48,591 bases of DNA from positions 1 through 48,591 of the forward strand of contig PMWA01000080.1 of the NCBI GenBank assembly GCA_003166335.1. Direction: 5' to 3'. Numbering within the stretch: the first letter of the stretch is position 1; every line of letters starts with the position of its first letter. Positions 1 through 9,132 of this stretch are shown here, piece by piece. This DNA comes from Methanobacterium sp. (GTDB lineage Archaea; Methanobacteriota; Methanobacteria; Methanobacteriales; Methanobacteriaceae). The translations under genes were made by a program, and so were the position numbers. The notes under the pieces were generated by a model. It was given only the letters and a program-made list of their open reading frames with translations, was not told the DNA's origin and made no database searches.

Positions 1-1
1 G

Positions 2-250
2 GGAACTGTAATTCCCACTACTTTAAGCATAAGTGGCAATATTTTAACTATAAAACCAAATGTGGCACTTGCAAATGGAACACAGTACACAGTGATTCTA
101 CATTCGGGTAGTGTCACCAGCACCACTGGCGTACCATTAGCAGCAGCATACACCACTAGATTCACGACAACGGGAACAAACCCAGCAATTAACAGTGTTA
201 TTCCCGAGACCAATGCAATTGATATCCCAGTAAATACTACAGAGAGTTAA
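2..250 (+). CDS. C-terminal part of a surface protein with Big_5/SbsA-type Ig-like repeats (5'-partial)
   Basis: Frame open from base 2: GTVIPTTLSISGNILTIKPNVALANGTQYTVILHSGSV...YTTRFTT, the typical end of a Big_5 repeat, then the start of another repeat (PAINSVIPETNAIDIPVNT) before the stop. Confidence 0.75.
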   Translation, partial: GTVIPTTLSISGNILTIKPNVALANGTQYTVILHSGSVTSTTGVPLAAAYTTRFTTTGTNPAINSVIPETNAIDIPVNTTES

Positions 251-493
251 TTTTTAGAGGATATAAAAAAACTCCCTTTTTATATTTTTTTTTAAAATGG
301 AATTATAAAATAATCAGAATTGAATAAATCAAGATTTAAAAAAAAATGGAATTGCCTTTAAACTGAATTAAGTTTGATCATATAACTCATAATCAACTTT
401 ATGAAAAGATTCATGCCCTATAATTTCTGGCCTTTGCACATTTGAAAGCATCGAAAAACGTTTATGACTTATTAAATCATAGAAAAGTACTTG

Positions 494-673
494 TTATTTG
501 ATGAATTTTAATTTCTTCGCTATTCGACACATAGCATTATCCTTTAAAATTACTCTTTGTGCTTTATGACGTCCTGTTTTAACTATAATAATAGTATCAG
601 TAATTTTCCTAGCTTCACCGACAATTGTTTCTCCTTTAATAATATCTCCTTTATTTGTGTATACTTGATTCAT
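494..673 (-). CDS. Small basic hypothetical protein (59 aa), coupled to the upstream RHH gene
   Basis: ATG at 673 follows the TGA of 675..1022 by one base (TGAAATG). Confidence 0.5.
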   Translation of the reverse strand: MNQVYTNKGDIIKGETIVGEARKITDTIIIVKTGRHKAQRVILKDNAMCRIAKKLKFIK

Positions 674-674
674 T

Positions 675-1022
675 TCAAATCGTCTCCAATCGACCTTCAT
701 CCTCTAGTTCATCAGTGATTTTACAAACAAGCTCATAATCTAATTCCAGATCATCAGCTACTTCGTAATCATAAGCTTCTGAATAACTTCTATAATAACC
801 TAAAACTTCTTTTTTAGCGGTATCATAATCAACATCACGAATCTTAATAATCTTTATTGCTTTGAGTTTATCTCTTACAGATTCTCTTATAAAGTCAGAG
901 ACACTAAGATATACACCAGCTTCTATTAAAGCCTCTATTTCCTTAATTTCTTTGGGGGTGACTTTTGTCCCAACTGCTTTAGGCCGTAATTGATCATCGG
1001 GTTTAGTTATTATAGCTGTCAT
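675..1022 (-). CDS. Ribbon-helix-helix (CopG/Arc-like) regulator with a C-terminal HTH-like domain
   Basis: VGTKVTPKEIKEIEALIEAGVYLSVSDFIRESVRDKL is an RHH signature; EVADDLELDYELVCKITDEL is HTH-like. Confidence 0.75.
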   Translation of the reverse strand: MTAIITKPDDQLRPKAVGTKVTPKEIKEIEALIEAGVYLSVSDFIRESVRDKLKAIKIIKIRDVDYDTAKKEVLGYYRSYSEAYDYEVADDLELDYELVCKITDELEDEGRLETI

Positions 1023-1566
1023 AGTATTTTATATATAGTTAACGATATATAAAACCAACTATAATTTTTAAAATTGTCAAAAAATAATTAAATAGAATCT
1101 TAATAGCTACAAAGCAAATCAGACCGGCTTCTAAATTCGAGCAAAAAAAATCAATTTAATATTAGAATAAAATATTCAAAAAAAAACACTATTTAAATCA
1201 AAATAACTGCACCTTCTCGAAATCATCATGCAATTTACATTTATCTTCTACATGGCAGATTCCCCAACCTTGAGCACATGCTTCGCATGGAAGAATATTT
1301 AAATCATTCAAACGGACCATTATTGCTTCGCAGTTTTTTATTTATCACTTGATGGTCCTGAAAATTGGGTAAATGGTGTTTATCAATCTATGGAGAATAT
1401 TATCTCTAATTGGGAACCACAGTTTACTTGGATATGAAAACTAAATAATTATTAAATTATCCTTCAGAAATCTTAACTTTTTTTAATATAATTAGATTTT
1501 TTGTAGAATATCAACTCAATTTTAGGAAATCCCAAAATAAAATTAGGTTCTATTATATAAACTTAA

Positions 1567-1575
1567 CATTCACCT
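1567..1575 (+). repeat. Left 9-bp target site duplication CATTCACCT
   Basis: Identical to 5912-5920 and directly outside the left TIR. Confidence 0.88.
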
Positions 1576-1598
1576 GATACTGCTAACTTTATGTTCTT
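1576..1598 (+). repeat. Left terminal inverted repeat
   Basis: 20/23 inverted match to 5889-5911. Confidence 0.88.
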
Positions 1599-1808
1599 TT
1601 TTATACTTTAGTATAATTTTTATTACTAATTATAATTTCTATTATTACTAATTTCTCTTTAAAGTGTAACTTTTAAGTATTATTAAGAATTAACACATTA
1701 TTATTAAAAAATTAAAATCGTAAGTTTTATCTGCAATAACTTAACAAATTCCATTTAGAAACTGTATATTGGGATTTTAGGTTTTTTATTTGGGGGGTCG
1801 TATTTTTT

Positions 1809-4442
1809 ATGGAAGTAGAGCAAATATTAGTCAAAAGATCGGGAGAAACTGAAATAATCCCACCAGGAAGAATAAAATGTTACATAACGGGCAAAACAAA
1901 AAAAGATACACCTGAAGAACACGTCCGTCAAAGAGTAGTAAGAAGCCTAGTTGAAGAGTATGGATATGAAAAAAAGGATATTCAACTTGAATTTAAAATA
2001 AAAATGGCTAGTGCTAGTAAAAAAGCAGATATCGCTATTTTTGAGAAAGATCAGAAACATAAACAAGAAAATGTCTTTTTAATTGTCGAAGCAAAAAGAG
2101 AAGATATTAAGCCCTCTGATAGGGAAGATGGAATAGAACAATTAAAAAGTTACATGTCTGCAAGTATCAACTGCAAATTTGGAATGTGGGTTGGATCAGA
2201 GGTAATGGTCTTTGAAAAAGTAGAGAATGAAAGAAACAGTTATGATTATGTTGAATCTGTTGATATTCCAAGGGAAGGTGTAACAGCTTCAAATCTTACT
2301 TTTGATTTATTGGTTCCAGCAACAGATGGTTTAAGAGATGTTTTTAAAAGATGTCATAATTATATTCATACAAATCAAGGAATATCGAAAGATCAAGCTT
2401 TTCATGAATTTTTAAAACTTATTTTTTGTAAAGTTCATGATGAAAGAGAATCGTATGAACTTGATTTTTATATAACTAATGAAGAGATAAGATCGGAGTT
2501 AGGGCAAAGAAAATTAAAAAAAAGAATTGATTTCCTCTTTTTAGATGTTAAAGAAACCTATGATTATATATTTGAACCACAAGAAAAGATTCAACTCGAA
2601 AAACGAGTCTTAGCTTACATTGTAGGGGAACTTCAAAAATATACATTAATAGGCACTGAATCTGATTATAAAGGAGAAGCTTATGAGGAAATTGTAGGTT
2701 CAAACTTGAGAGGAGATAAAGGAGAGTTTTTCACACCAAGAAACTTATGTGAAATGGCGGTGGAAATGGTATTTTCTTTGATACCTAAAAAAGAAATATT
2801 AAAAATGAAAATACTTGATCCGGCATGTGGTACAGGAGGTTTTTTAAAAACAGTCGTTGATCATCATCGTAAACTTGTTCAAGAAGAAGAATCAAGAAAA
2901 TATAAAGATGACACTGAATTATTGCATAGTGTAAATGAGAGAGTTAAAAGCATATGTAATAAAAAAGTGTATGGTATTGATTTTAATCCTTTATTGGTTC
3001 GTGCTGGTCAAATGAACCTAGTAATGCATGGAGATGGTTCTTCGAACATTTTCCATGCAAATTCATTAGTATCTCCAAGTGAATGGAAAAAAGACGTGAG
3101 AAAAGCCGTTCATTACGAGGATTTTGATATTATTTTTACTAATCCTCCATTTGGTGAAAACTTATCTTATGATGACCCTTACATTTTAGATTCATACGAA
3201 TTATCAATACATGAATCTAAGAGTCGTAGAAATTCAATGCCACCTGAACAACTTTTTTTTGAGAAATGCTACCAATTTTTGAAACCAGATGGATATCTGG
3301 TCATAGTGGCTCCCGATAATGTATTAAGTAATCCTGGACTTAAATTTATGAGGAGATGGCTGTTAACCAAATTTAATATTATTGCAAGTGTTTATTTACC
3401 TGAAGAGATGTTTGAACCATCAGTAGGTTCTCAAACTAGTTTAACAATCTTTAAAAAGAAAAAAGGAAGATTGTCTGCAAAAGAAAAGGAATTAAAAGAT
3501 ATTGATATTTACAACGTTTTTATGGCGATTGCCAAAAAAATAGGACATGATAAACGAGGAGATCCCATAATCCTAAGAGATGAAATAGGTAATGAGATAT
3601 ACCAAAAAGTTAAAAGACCTTTTATTAAGAAAACTTTTGATGGAAAAATCGAAATAGATACTGTTGAATCTGATGAAGCAGTATTAGATGATGATTTACC
3701 CTTTATTACTCAGGGATTTAAAGAATGGTTAAACGATAATCATGTGTTAATTAAAAAATTCTCTTTTACGAATATACCTTCAGACTATTTGTTGTCTGGT
3801 GAAAATAGGTTAGATGCAACTTATTATAATAAAGATGCATTCGTAGTTAGGAAATTATTAAAGGATAGTGGAGTTCCACTTAAAACCGTTGATTACTATA
3901 GTGAGGATGTTTTTAATCGCCCACCCATAAAGAGAGCATTTACTGATGATTTGAATATTGGAACACCTTATATGCAACCTTCGGAGATGTTTGATTTTAT
4001 TTGGGATGCAAAGAAGTATGTAATTGAAGATAAGATGAATAAGATTGAAGATTGGCATATAAAAGATGAATGGATTGTTGTTACTCAATCTGGTAATGCT
4101 GGAAAACCGTTTTTTGTAACAGAAAAATTAGAAAACATTGTTTTATCGCAAAATGCCATTAGAATTGTACCTAAAGAAGGAGTTTATTCTGGATTTTTAT
4201 ATGCATATTTATCAACATATTTGGGTCAGACTCTTATTAAGAAAGACAAATTTGGGGTTACTGTGAAGCATATAATGCCTCATCACGTATCTTCTGTTCC
4301 TGTACCTAATATTGATGAAGATAAGCAAAAGATTATTCATAATAAGATAAAAAAAGCATTTGAATTAAGAGAGGAAGCGAATGAACTAATAAAAGATTGT
4401 AAAGAGATGATTTATGAAGAACTAGGTTTAAAGAAAAAATAG
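1809..4442 (+). CDS. Single-chain restriction-modification enzyme: HsdR_N-like PD-(D/E)xK nuclease + N6-adenine MTase + one HsdS-type TRD
   Basis: N-terminus PEEHVRQ...YGY...ADIAIF...LIVEAK; MTase motifs GEFFTPR, LDPACGTGGFL, NPPF; C-terminus RLDATYY...TQSG...SQNAIRI...HIMPHHVSSVPVP followed by an S-subunit-like helix. Confidence 0.9.
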   Translation: MEVEQILVKRSGETEIIPPGRIKCYITGKTKKDTPEEHVRQRVVRSLVEEYGYEKKDIQLEFKIKMASASKKADIAIFEKDQKHKQENVFLIVEAKREDIKPSDREDGIEQLKSYMSASINCKFGMWVGSEVMVFEKVENERNSYDYVESVDIPREGVTASNLTFDLLVPATDGLRDVFKRCHNYIHTNQGISKDQAFHEFLKLIFCKVHDERESYELDFYITNEEIRSELGQRKLKKRIDFLFLDVKETYDYIFEPQEKIQLEKRVLAYIVGELQKYTLIGTESDYKGEAYEEIVGSNLRGDKGEFFTPRNLCEMAVEMVFSLIPKKEILKMKILDPACGTGGFLKTVVDHHRKLVQEEESRKYKDDTELLHSVNERVKSICNKKVYGIDFNPLLVRAGQMNLVMHGDGSSNIFHANSLVSPSEWKKDVRKAVHYEDFDIIFTNPPFGENLSYDDPYILDSYELSIHESKSRRNSMPPEQLFFEKCYQFLKPDGYLVIVAPDNVLSNPGLKFMRRWLLTKFNIIASVYLPEEMFEPSVGSQTSLTIFKKKKGRLSAKEKELKDIDIYNVFMAIAKKIGHDKRGDPIILRDEIGNEIYQKVKRPFIKKTFDGKIEIDTVESDEAVLDDDLPFITQGFKEWLNDNHVLIKKFSFTNIPSDYLLSGENRLDATYYNKDAFVVRKLLKDSGVPLKTVDYYSEDVFNRPPIKRAFTDDLNIGTPYMQPSEMFDFIWDAKKYVIEDKMNKIEDWHIKDEWIVVTQSGNAGKPFFVTEKLENIVLSQNAIRIVPKEGVYSGFLYAYLSTYLGQTLIKKDKFGVTVKHIMPHHVSSVPVPNIDEDKQKIIHNKIKKAFELREEANELIKDCKEMIYEELGLKKK

Positions 4443-4491
4443 GGGCAATATTATTATGGCCCCCAATAACTCCAGATAAAAATATATCTGG
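4442..4491. terminator. Two hairpins between the convergent RM and transposase genes
   Basis: GGGGCAATA-TTAT-TATGGCCCC (one mismatch) and CCAGATA-AAAATA-TATCTGG, followed by a T run. Confidence 0.5.
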
Positions 4492-4516
4492 TTTTTCATA
4501 TAAAACTTTGTTTTTT

Positions 4517-5377
4517 TTATAAATTATTAACCTCCCATTGGGTCGCCAAATCGATTAAACTCTCCCATCTATCCGTTAAATCCAGTTTTATTCCAGCGGC
4601 TTCAGCGGGTGTTTTACCACCTAAACTACTATGTGGTCTTAGGAAGTTGTAAAAAACAAACCAACCGTCTAGCATTGTTCCTGTCTTATCCATTTGATCC
4701 ATACCTCTCCTAGCTCTCATCATATCTTTTAATGTCCCATGTAACCTTTCAACCATATTCTGATGAACTCTACCATTTATTCCTACATTTTGAATTAACC
4801 GACAAGTTCGGTTACGGTCGCCGAAATGAAGGTTGAATCCTTTAGGATATGCGAAGCAACCATCAGCATAGATTATTCGTGGTTTTCGTATTGTCCGGTT
4901 ACGTGCATCTTTGAATAATATTTTACTATCCTTTATAGTGCGGGTGTTTGATAAGTGTTCAGCGACCATAAAACGAGTCCGTTCGTCAATTATCTCCCAG
5001 AACCATTTATTTTCACCTTTAATTTTGATAACTGTTTCATCCACGTGCCAGATGTCACCGAGGTCTGCTTTTAAGGTGTCAGTGTAGTTTTTGGTTAGTG
5101 TACTGTATTTGTTTATCCATTTATAAATTGCAACTGATGATACTTTTACTTTGAAGAGGTATTGTATTTGTCTTTCTATTTTACGTATGCTCATGCCCTC
5201 ATAATATAAGTCCATTGCAAATGCTATGACTTGTTTTTTATTCCTCATAGCTGTGAAATTATCGTTGTCTATGAATGTTTTACCACAATCTTTGCATAGA
5301 TATCTCTGTTGACCGTTAACTTTGCCTTTTTTTATTATTTTTGCTGACCCACAGTTTTTGCAATCCATAAGCTTCAT
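4517..5377 (-). CDS. IS6-like DDE transposase with N-terminal Zn ribbon and HTH
   Basis: CKNC...GQQRYLCKDC Zn ribbon; HTH GMSIRKI...VSSVAIYKWI; catalytic motifs WHVDET, IYADG, NMVERLH; C-terminal YNFLRPHSSLGGKTPAE. ORF is intact. Confidence 0.92.
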   Translation of the reverse strand: MKLMDCKNCGSAKIIKKGKVNGQQRYLCKDCGKTFIDNDNFTAMRNKKQVIAFAMDLYYEGMSIRKIERQIQYLFKVKVSSVAIYKWINKYSTLTKNYTDTLKADLGDIWHVDETVIKIKGENKWFWEIIDERTRFMVAEHLSNTRTIKDSKILFKDARNRTIRKPRIIYADGCFAYPKGFNLHFGDRNRTCRLIQNVGINGRVHQNMVERLHGTLKDMMRARRGMDQMDKTGTMLDGWFVFYNFLRPHSSLGGKTPAEAAGIKLDLTDRWESLIDLATQWEVNNL

Positions 5378-5494
5378 CCCCTACTTAATATATTGTTTTA
5401 GGAGTATTTAAAGCTTTAGGTCTAGTTTAAGGGTTTAAATCTACCCAAAATATAGGGTTAATTTTATAAGCAATGTATCATAAAATAGTAGATT

Positions 5495-5653
5495 ATGGGA
5501 ATTAAAGTAAGAATATATGCTGACAAAGAAGGAAAACAATTCAAACTCTCAATACCCAAAAAAGTTATAGAGTTGCAAGGGTATAAGCATAAAGATTTGT
5601 TCGAATTAGAAATAGAGGGTAAAGACATGATATTAAGGAAGGTGGATGAATAA
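5495..5653 (+). CDS. AbrB/MazE/SpoVT-like DNA-binding protein (52 aa; not in ORF track)
   Basis: MGIKVRIYADKEGKQFKLSIPKKVIELQGYKHKDLFELEIEGKDMILRKVDE fits the swapped-hairpin pattern; divergent from the transposase. Confidence 0.75.
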   Translation: MGIKVRIYADKEGKQFKLSIPKKVIELQGYKHKDLFELEIEGKDMILRKVDE

Positions 5654-5814
5654 TGGTTTCAGAAGATGTTGAAATATTAAGTGACATGCTAACCGCATTA
5701 GTCGATATATTAGTTGAAAAAGGATTACTCACTCAGGAAGAATACGAGGATAGAGTTAAAATTTTACTCGAAAAATCTGCAAAACTAACAAGATTCGATG
5801 ACCTAGAAGAATAA
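5653..5814 (+). CDS. Small acidic helical protein, SHOCT-like motif (53 aa; not in ORF track)
   Basis: TAATG overlap with the AbrB-like gene; MVSEDVEILSDMLTALVDILVEKGLLTQEEYEDRVKILLEKSAKLTRFDDLEE. Confidence 0.7.
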   Translation: MVSEDVEILSDMLTALVDILVEKGLLTQEEYEDRVKILLEKSAKLTRFDDLEE

Positions 5815-5888
5815 AAAATAAAAAGTATTTTACAGTATAATATCAATTTTTATAATTTTAATATTACCCAGATGCAAATATTTTTTAT

Positions 5889-5911
5889 AAGCACATCAAG
5901 TTAGCAGAATC
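5889..5911 (-). repeat. Right terminal inverted repeat
   Basis: AAGCACATCAAGTTAGCAGAATC, inverted match to 1576-1598. Confidence 0.88.
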
Positions 5912-5920
5912 CATTCACCT
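5912..5920 (+). repeat. Right 9-bp target site duplication CATTCACCT
   Basis: Identical to 1567-1575. Confidence 0.88.
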
Positions 5921-6161
5921 AACCCCGAAGTCTTACTTTACCTTCAAATTCTTCCTCTTCTAAAACGCATCCACATTTTTTACAAACATATTCATAATGT
6001 TGACTATCTAAGTATACGTTTTGCGAACTACATTCTGGGCAGTTTAAAGTTGTTTTTCTTTCAGATATTTCTACGTTTATTGAGGGTATATGATCTTCTT
6101 TCTCGGCATTATGACAATTCTGATCCAAATATTCCTCATGACGTAACCTGTTGTTACTCAA
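5919..6161 (-). CDS. TFIIB-type zinc ribbon protein
   Basis: CPECSS...EYVCKKCGCVL; GGAGG upstream of the TTG start. Confidence 0.75.
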   Translation of the reverse strand: MSNNRLRHEEYLDQNCHNAEKEDHIPSINVEISERKTTLNCPECSSQNVYLDSQHYEYVCKKCGCVLEEEEFEGKVRLRG

Positions 6162-6251
6162 ATTATATTCCCTCCAAACTTTACGGAAAATTCTATAATA
6201 TCTTTATATAAACTCAATTCCTAACGTTTCTTTATTAAAAATAATTATAAA

Positions 6252-9034
6252 TTAATTTTCTGTGATGTCTTCTATTGTCAATAAAATAAATTGTGTACCT
6301 ACATCTCCCCTGTAGATTCTGCGGGCGTTAAGCAGCATCTTTTTATATCCCATGTCTGAAAATTCATGTTCAACCTCATAATCATTAAATTCAGTATTTT
6401 TAGGCAGAATTTTTTCCAATAAATTTCGCAATTCTGGAATATCCCATTGTTCCTTGTCCAATTTAAAAAAAGATATTCCTACAGTTCCCTTTGGATTAAC
6501 TTTGAAATTATCGTAAAATGATTGATTGGCAGAGTAAACTGTTAAATCTTCATTCAAAACTAAAATTGGCTCTCTAAGGGAGTTAACTATATTTTCAGAA
6601 TATTTCAAAGCTGCCTTAACTTTTTCCTCTGCATTCATTCGATCATTAATATCAACAAATATAATCACCACTCCATCTACGATATCTTCTGAAGTTTTGT
6701 AAGGTGTTATACGCATAAGATACCAATTATCATCTAGGGTTTGAATTTCTATCTCCTTATGAATTAATCGATGAATCAAGTACTGTTAAAGAAGTTATTC
6801 AAATCATCAATAGCTCTGGTGAGTTCATCAATCTTTGACTGTAATTCTGAATTCACAGTTGCCAATTCCTCATTAATAGATTGTAACTCTTCCTTGGAAG
6901 TTTCCAATTCCTCATTAGTACTCTGTGATTCCTCATTCATTGATTGTAATTCTTCATTAGATGCCTTAAGTTCCTCGTAAGAAGTTTCCATCTCTTCAGT
7001 AGTAACATTAAGCCGTTCCTTTGTCTCCATTAATTCATTTTCAAGTTCAGAAACACGATCGTCATTTACACTACCTGTACTCAATTTAATTTTTTCCTCT
7101 TCCGACTTTCTAGGTTTTCCAACATCTTCAAAAGATACTACAAGTAAATTTCGCATGACTCCCGGTTCTTTTATAAATTTGATTGTTGTATTAACATTGT
7201 TATATTCACCATTAGTTTTGACTCTTAATCCTTCCAAAAAAACATCCTTTTTGTTAGAAATCGCTTTCTTAATTGCAGACCTTAATTCAAACTTAATGCC
7301 ATCCCTTGCCATATCAAACAGATTTAAACGTGCTTTTCCCGGGGCAGGTTCTAAATACTTTCCCATTCTACCATGAATATAAAATATTTCACCAGAATCA
7401 TTAATTATAACCGATGGCGGTGCATATATATCAAGTAACTGTCTAGTAGCCAAGTTAGATACATCTATTCTTTCATTTTTATCTCCTAACTCAGATCCCT
7501 TATCACTTACCCTTCCTGTGTATGATGTAAACAAATTCGATGCTTCTATACGTTTCCTAGGAAAACCCGATTGTTTATTGGATTTAAATATTTTCCATTT
7601 CTTATCCATGCTAGAAAAAACATCCAAAGCATCACCAACACTCTCAGAGGGCCCTAAAAAAAGTATACCATCAGGATTCAAAGCATAATTAAATATAGAT
7701 AACAAATTTTTCTGAGCATCTGATTTCAGATAAATCAACAGATTTCTGCACGATATCATATCTAACTTAGTGAATGGAGGTTCTTTAAGAACGTTATGCA
7801 CTGCAAAAACAGCTAATTCCCTTATTTTACTTTTAATATGATATTTACCTTCCTTCTTAATAAAAAATTTTTTAAGACGCTTCTCGCCTACATCAACTAT
7901 AATATTATCATGATAAACACCTTTACGAGCAATATTAATGGCAATATCGTCTAAATCTGTTCCGAATATCTGTACTTCAAAATATTTTCCCATGGACTCC
8001 ATAACTTCCCGGAGGATTATAGCAATGGAATAAACCTCTTCACCACTTGAACAACCCGGAACCCAAACACGTATGGCTTCCGATTCATCTTTACCTGCCA
8101 AAAGTTCAGGTAATATTTTAAATTTTAGCGAATTAAATGCTTCAGGGTCACGGAAAAAACTTGTGACATTTATAAGGAGTTCCTGGAATAAATGATCGAT
8201 TTCTTCAGGGTGCCGCTGCAGATAAAGAGCATAATCAGCAATATTATCGATCTGGTGAATATTCGCACGTTTCCCAATCCGACGGTTCATAGTGCTTTCT
8301 TTGTAAGACGAGAAGTCATGACCCGTATGGTTTCTGATTAATATAAATATTTTTTGAAGATCCTGTTCCACCTTTACTTCGCCGGTGTCGATTTTATTCA
8401 TGATTTTATGTGAGGATTGAATATAGGAAATGATGGATTTAGGCATTTCTTCAGGTGGAAGAACGAAGTCTACGATTCCCGTTTTTATAGCGCTGATAGG
8501 CATGCTATTTGATTCAGTAGTTTTAGGATCTTGGGCTATGGTCATTCCTCCTTCAGATTTGATTTCTTTAAGACCAATAGTTCCATCAACTCCAAATCCA
8601 GATAGAATAATGCATATTGCATTATCCTTTTGATCTTCTGCCAAACTCTTTAAAAAGAAGTTAATTGGCGTTCTCAAACCGTGAGGTTCAGAAGGCTCTA
8701 ATAATTGTAGAACACCATTTAATATAGCCATATCCTTATTTGGCGGTATAACATATACATGGTTAGGTTCTACTTTCATTCCATCCTCCATTTGAATAAC
8801 ATCCATAGATGTATATCTATTTAATAATTCCACCATGGAGCTTTTATGAGTGGGATCTAAATGTTGTACCAGCACAAATCCCGAACCACTGTCTGGAGGC
8901 ATATGCATGAAAAATTTTTTTAAAGCATCCAAACCTCCTGCAGATGAACCTATACCTGTAATGGGGAAGAATTTTTCAATTATTTCTTCTGGTTTTTCAG
9001 CCGTTTTTTCCTTCTTGTTTATCTCAGCTTTCAT
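6252..9034 (-). pseudogene. CheB/CheR fusion with coiled coil and PAS domains, split near 6779 into 752-aa and 175-aa ORFs
   Basis: CheB motifs GSSAGG, QHL, SGFGVDG; CheR motifs TSFFRD, RVWVPGCSSGEE, CRNLLIY; NEELQS repeats. The first ORF stops at NFFNST; the remainder resumes mid-PAS in another frame. Confidence 0.75.
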
Positions 9035-9132
9035 AATAACCCCTTATATTCTACTCTCTGAGTTATAAATTTCAAATTTATGATTATTTATGGAATAAAT
9101 AAAAATTTTTTTTTAGTTCATCTTTAAATTTT

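Larger units (their letters stand above)
1576..5911. mobile_element. Unit transposon (4,336 bp) with IS6-like DDE transposase and restriction-modification cargo
   Basis: Left end GATACTGCTAACTTTATGTTCTT (1576-1598) and reverse complement of the right end GATTCTGCTAACTTGATGTGCTT (5889-5911) match 20/23. Both ends abut the direct repeat CATTCACCT (1567-1575, 5912-5920). Confidence 0.88.

Noticed and set aside
1228..1437. Coding-like fragments (e.g. DGPENWVNGVYQSMENIISNWEPQFTWI)
   Set aside because: Probably a gene remnant, but broken and not assignable by eye.
4380..4520. Idea that an IS inserted into and truncated the RM specificity domain
   Set aside because: No TIR or TSD between the RM gene and the transposase, and no second-TRD remnant beyond the transposase; the real TIRs enclose both genes.
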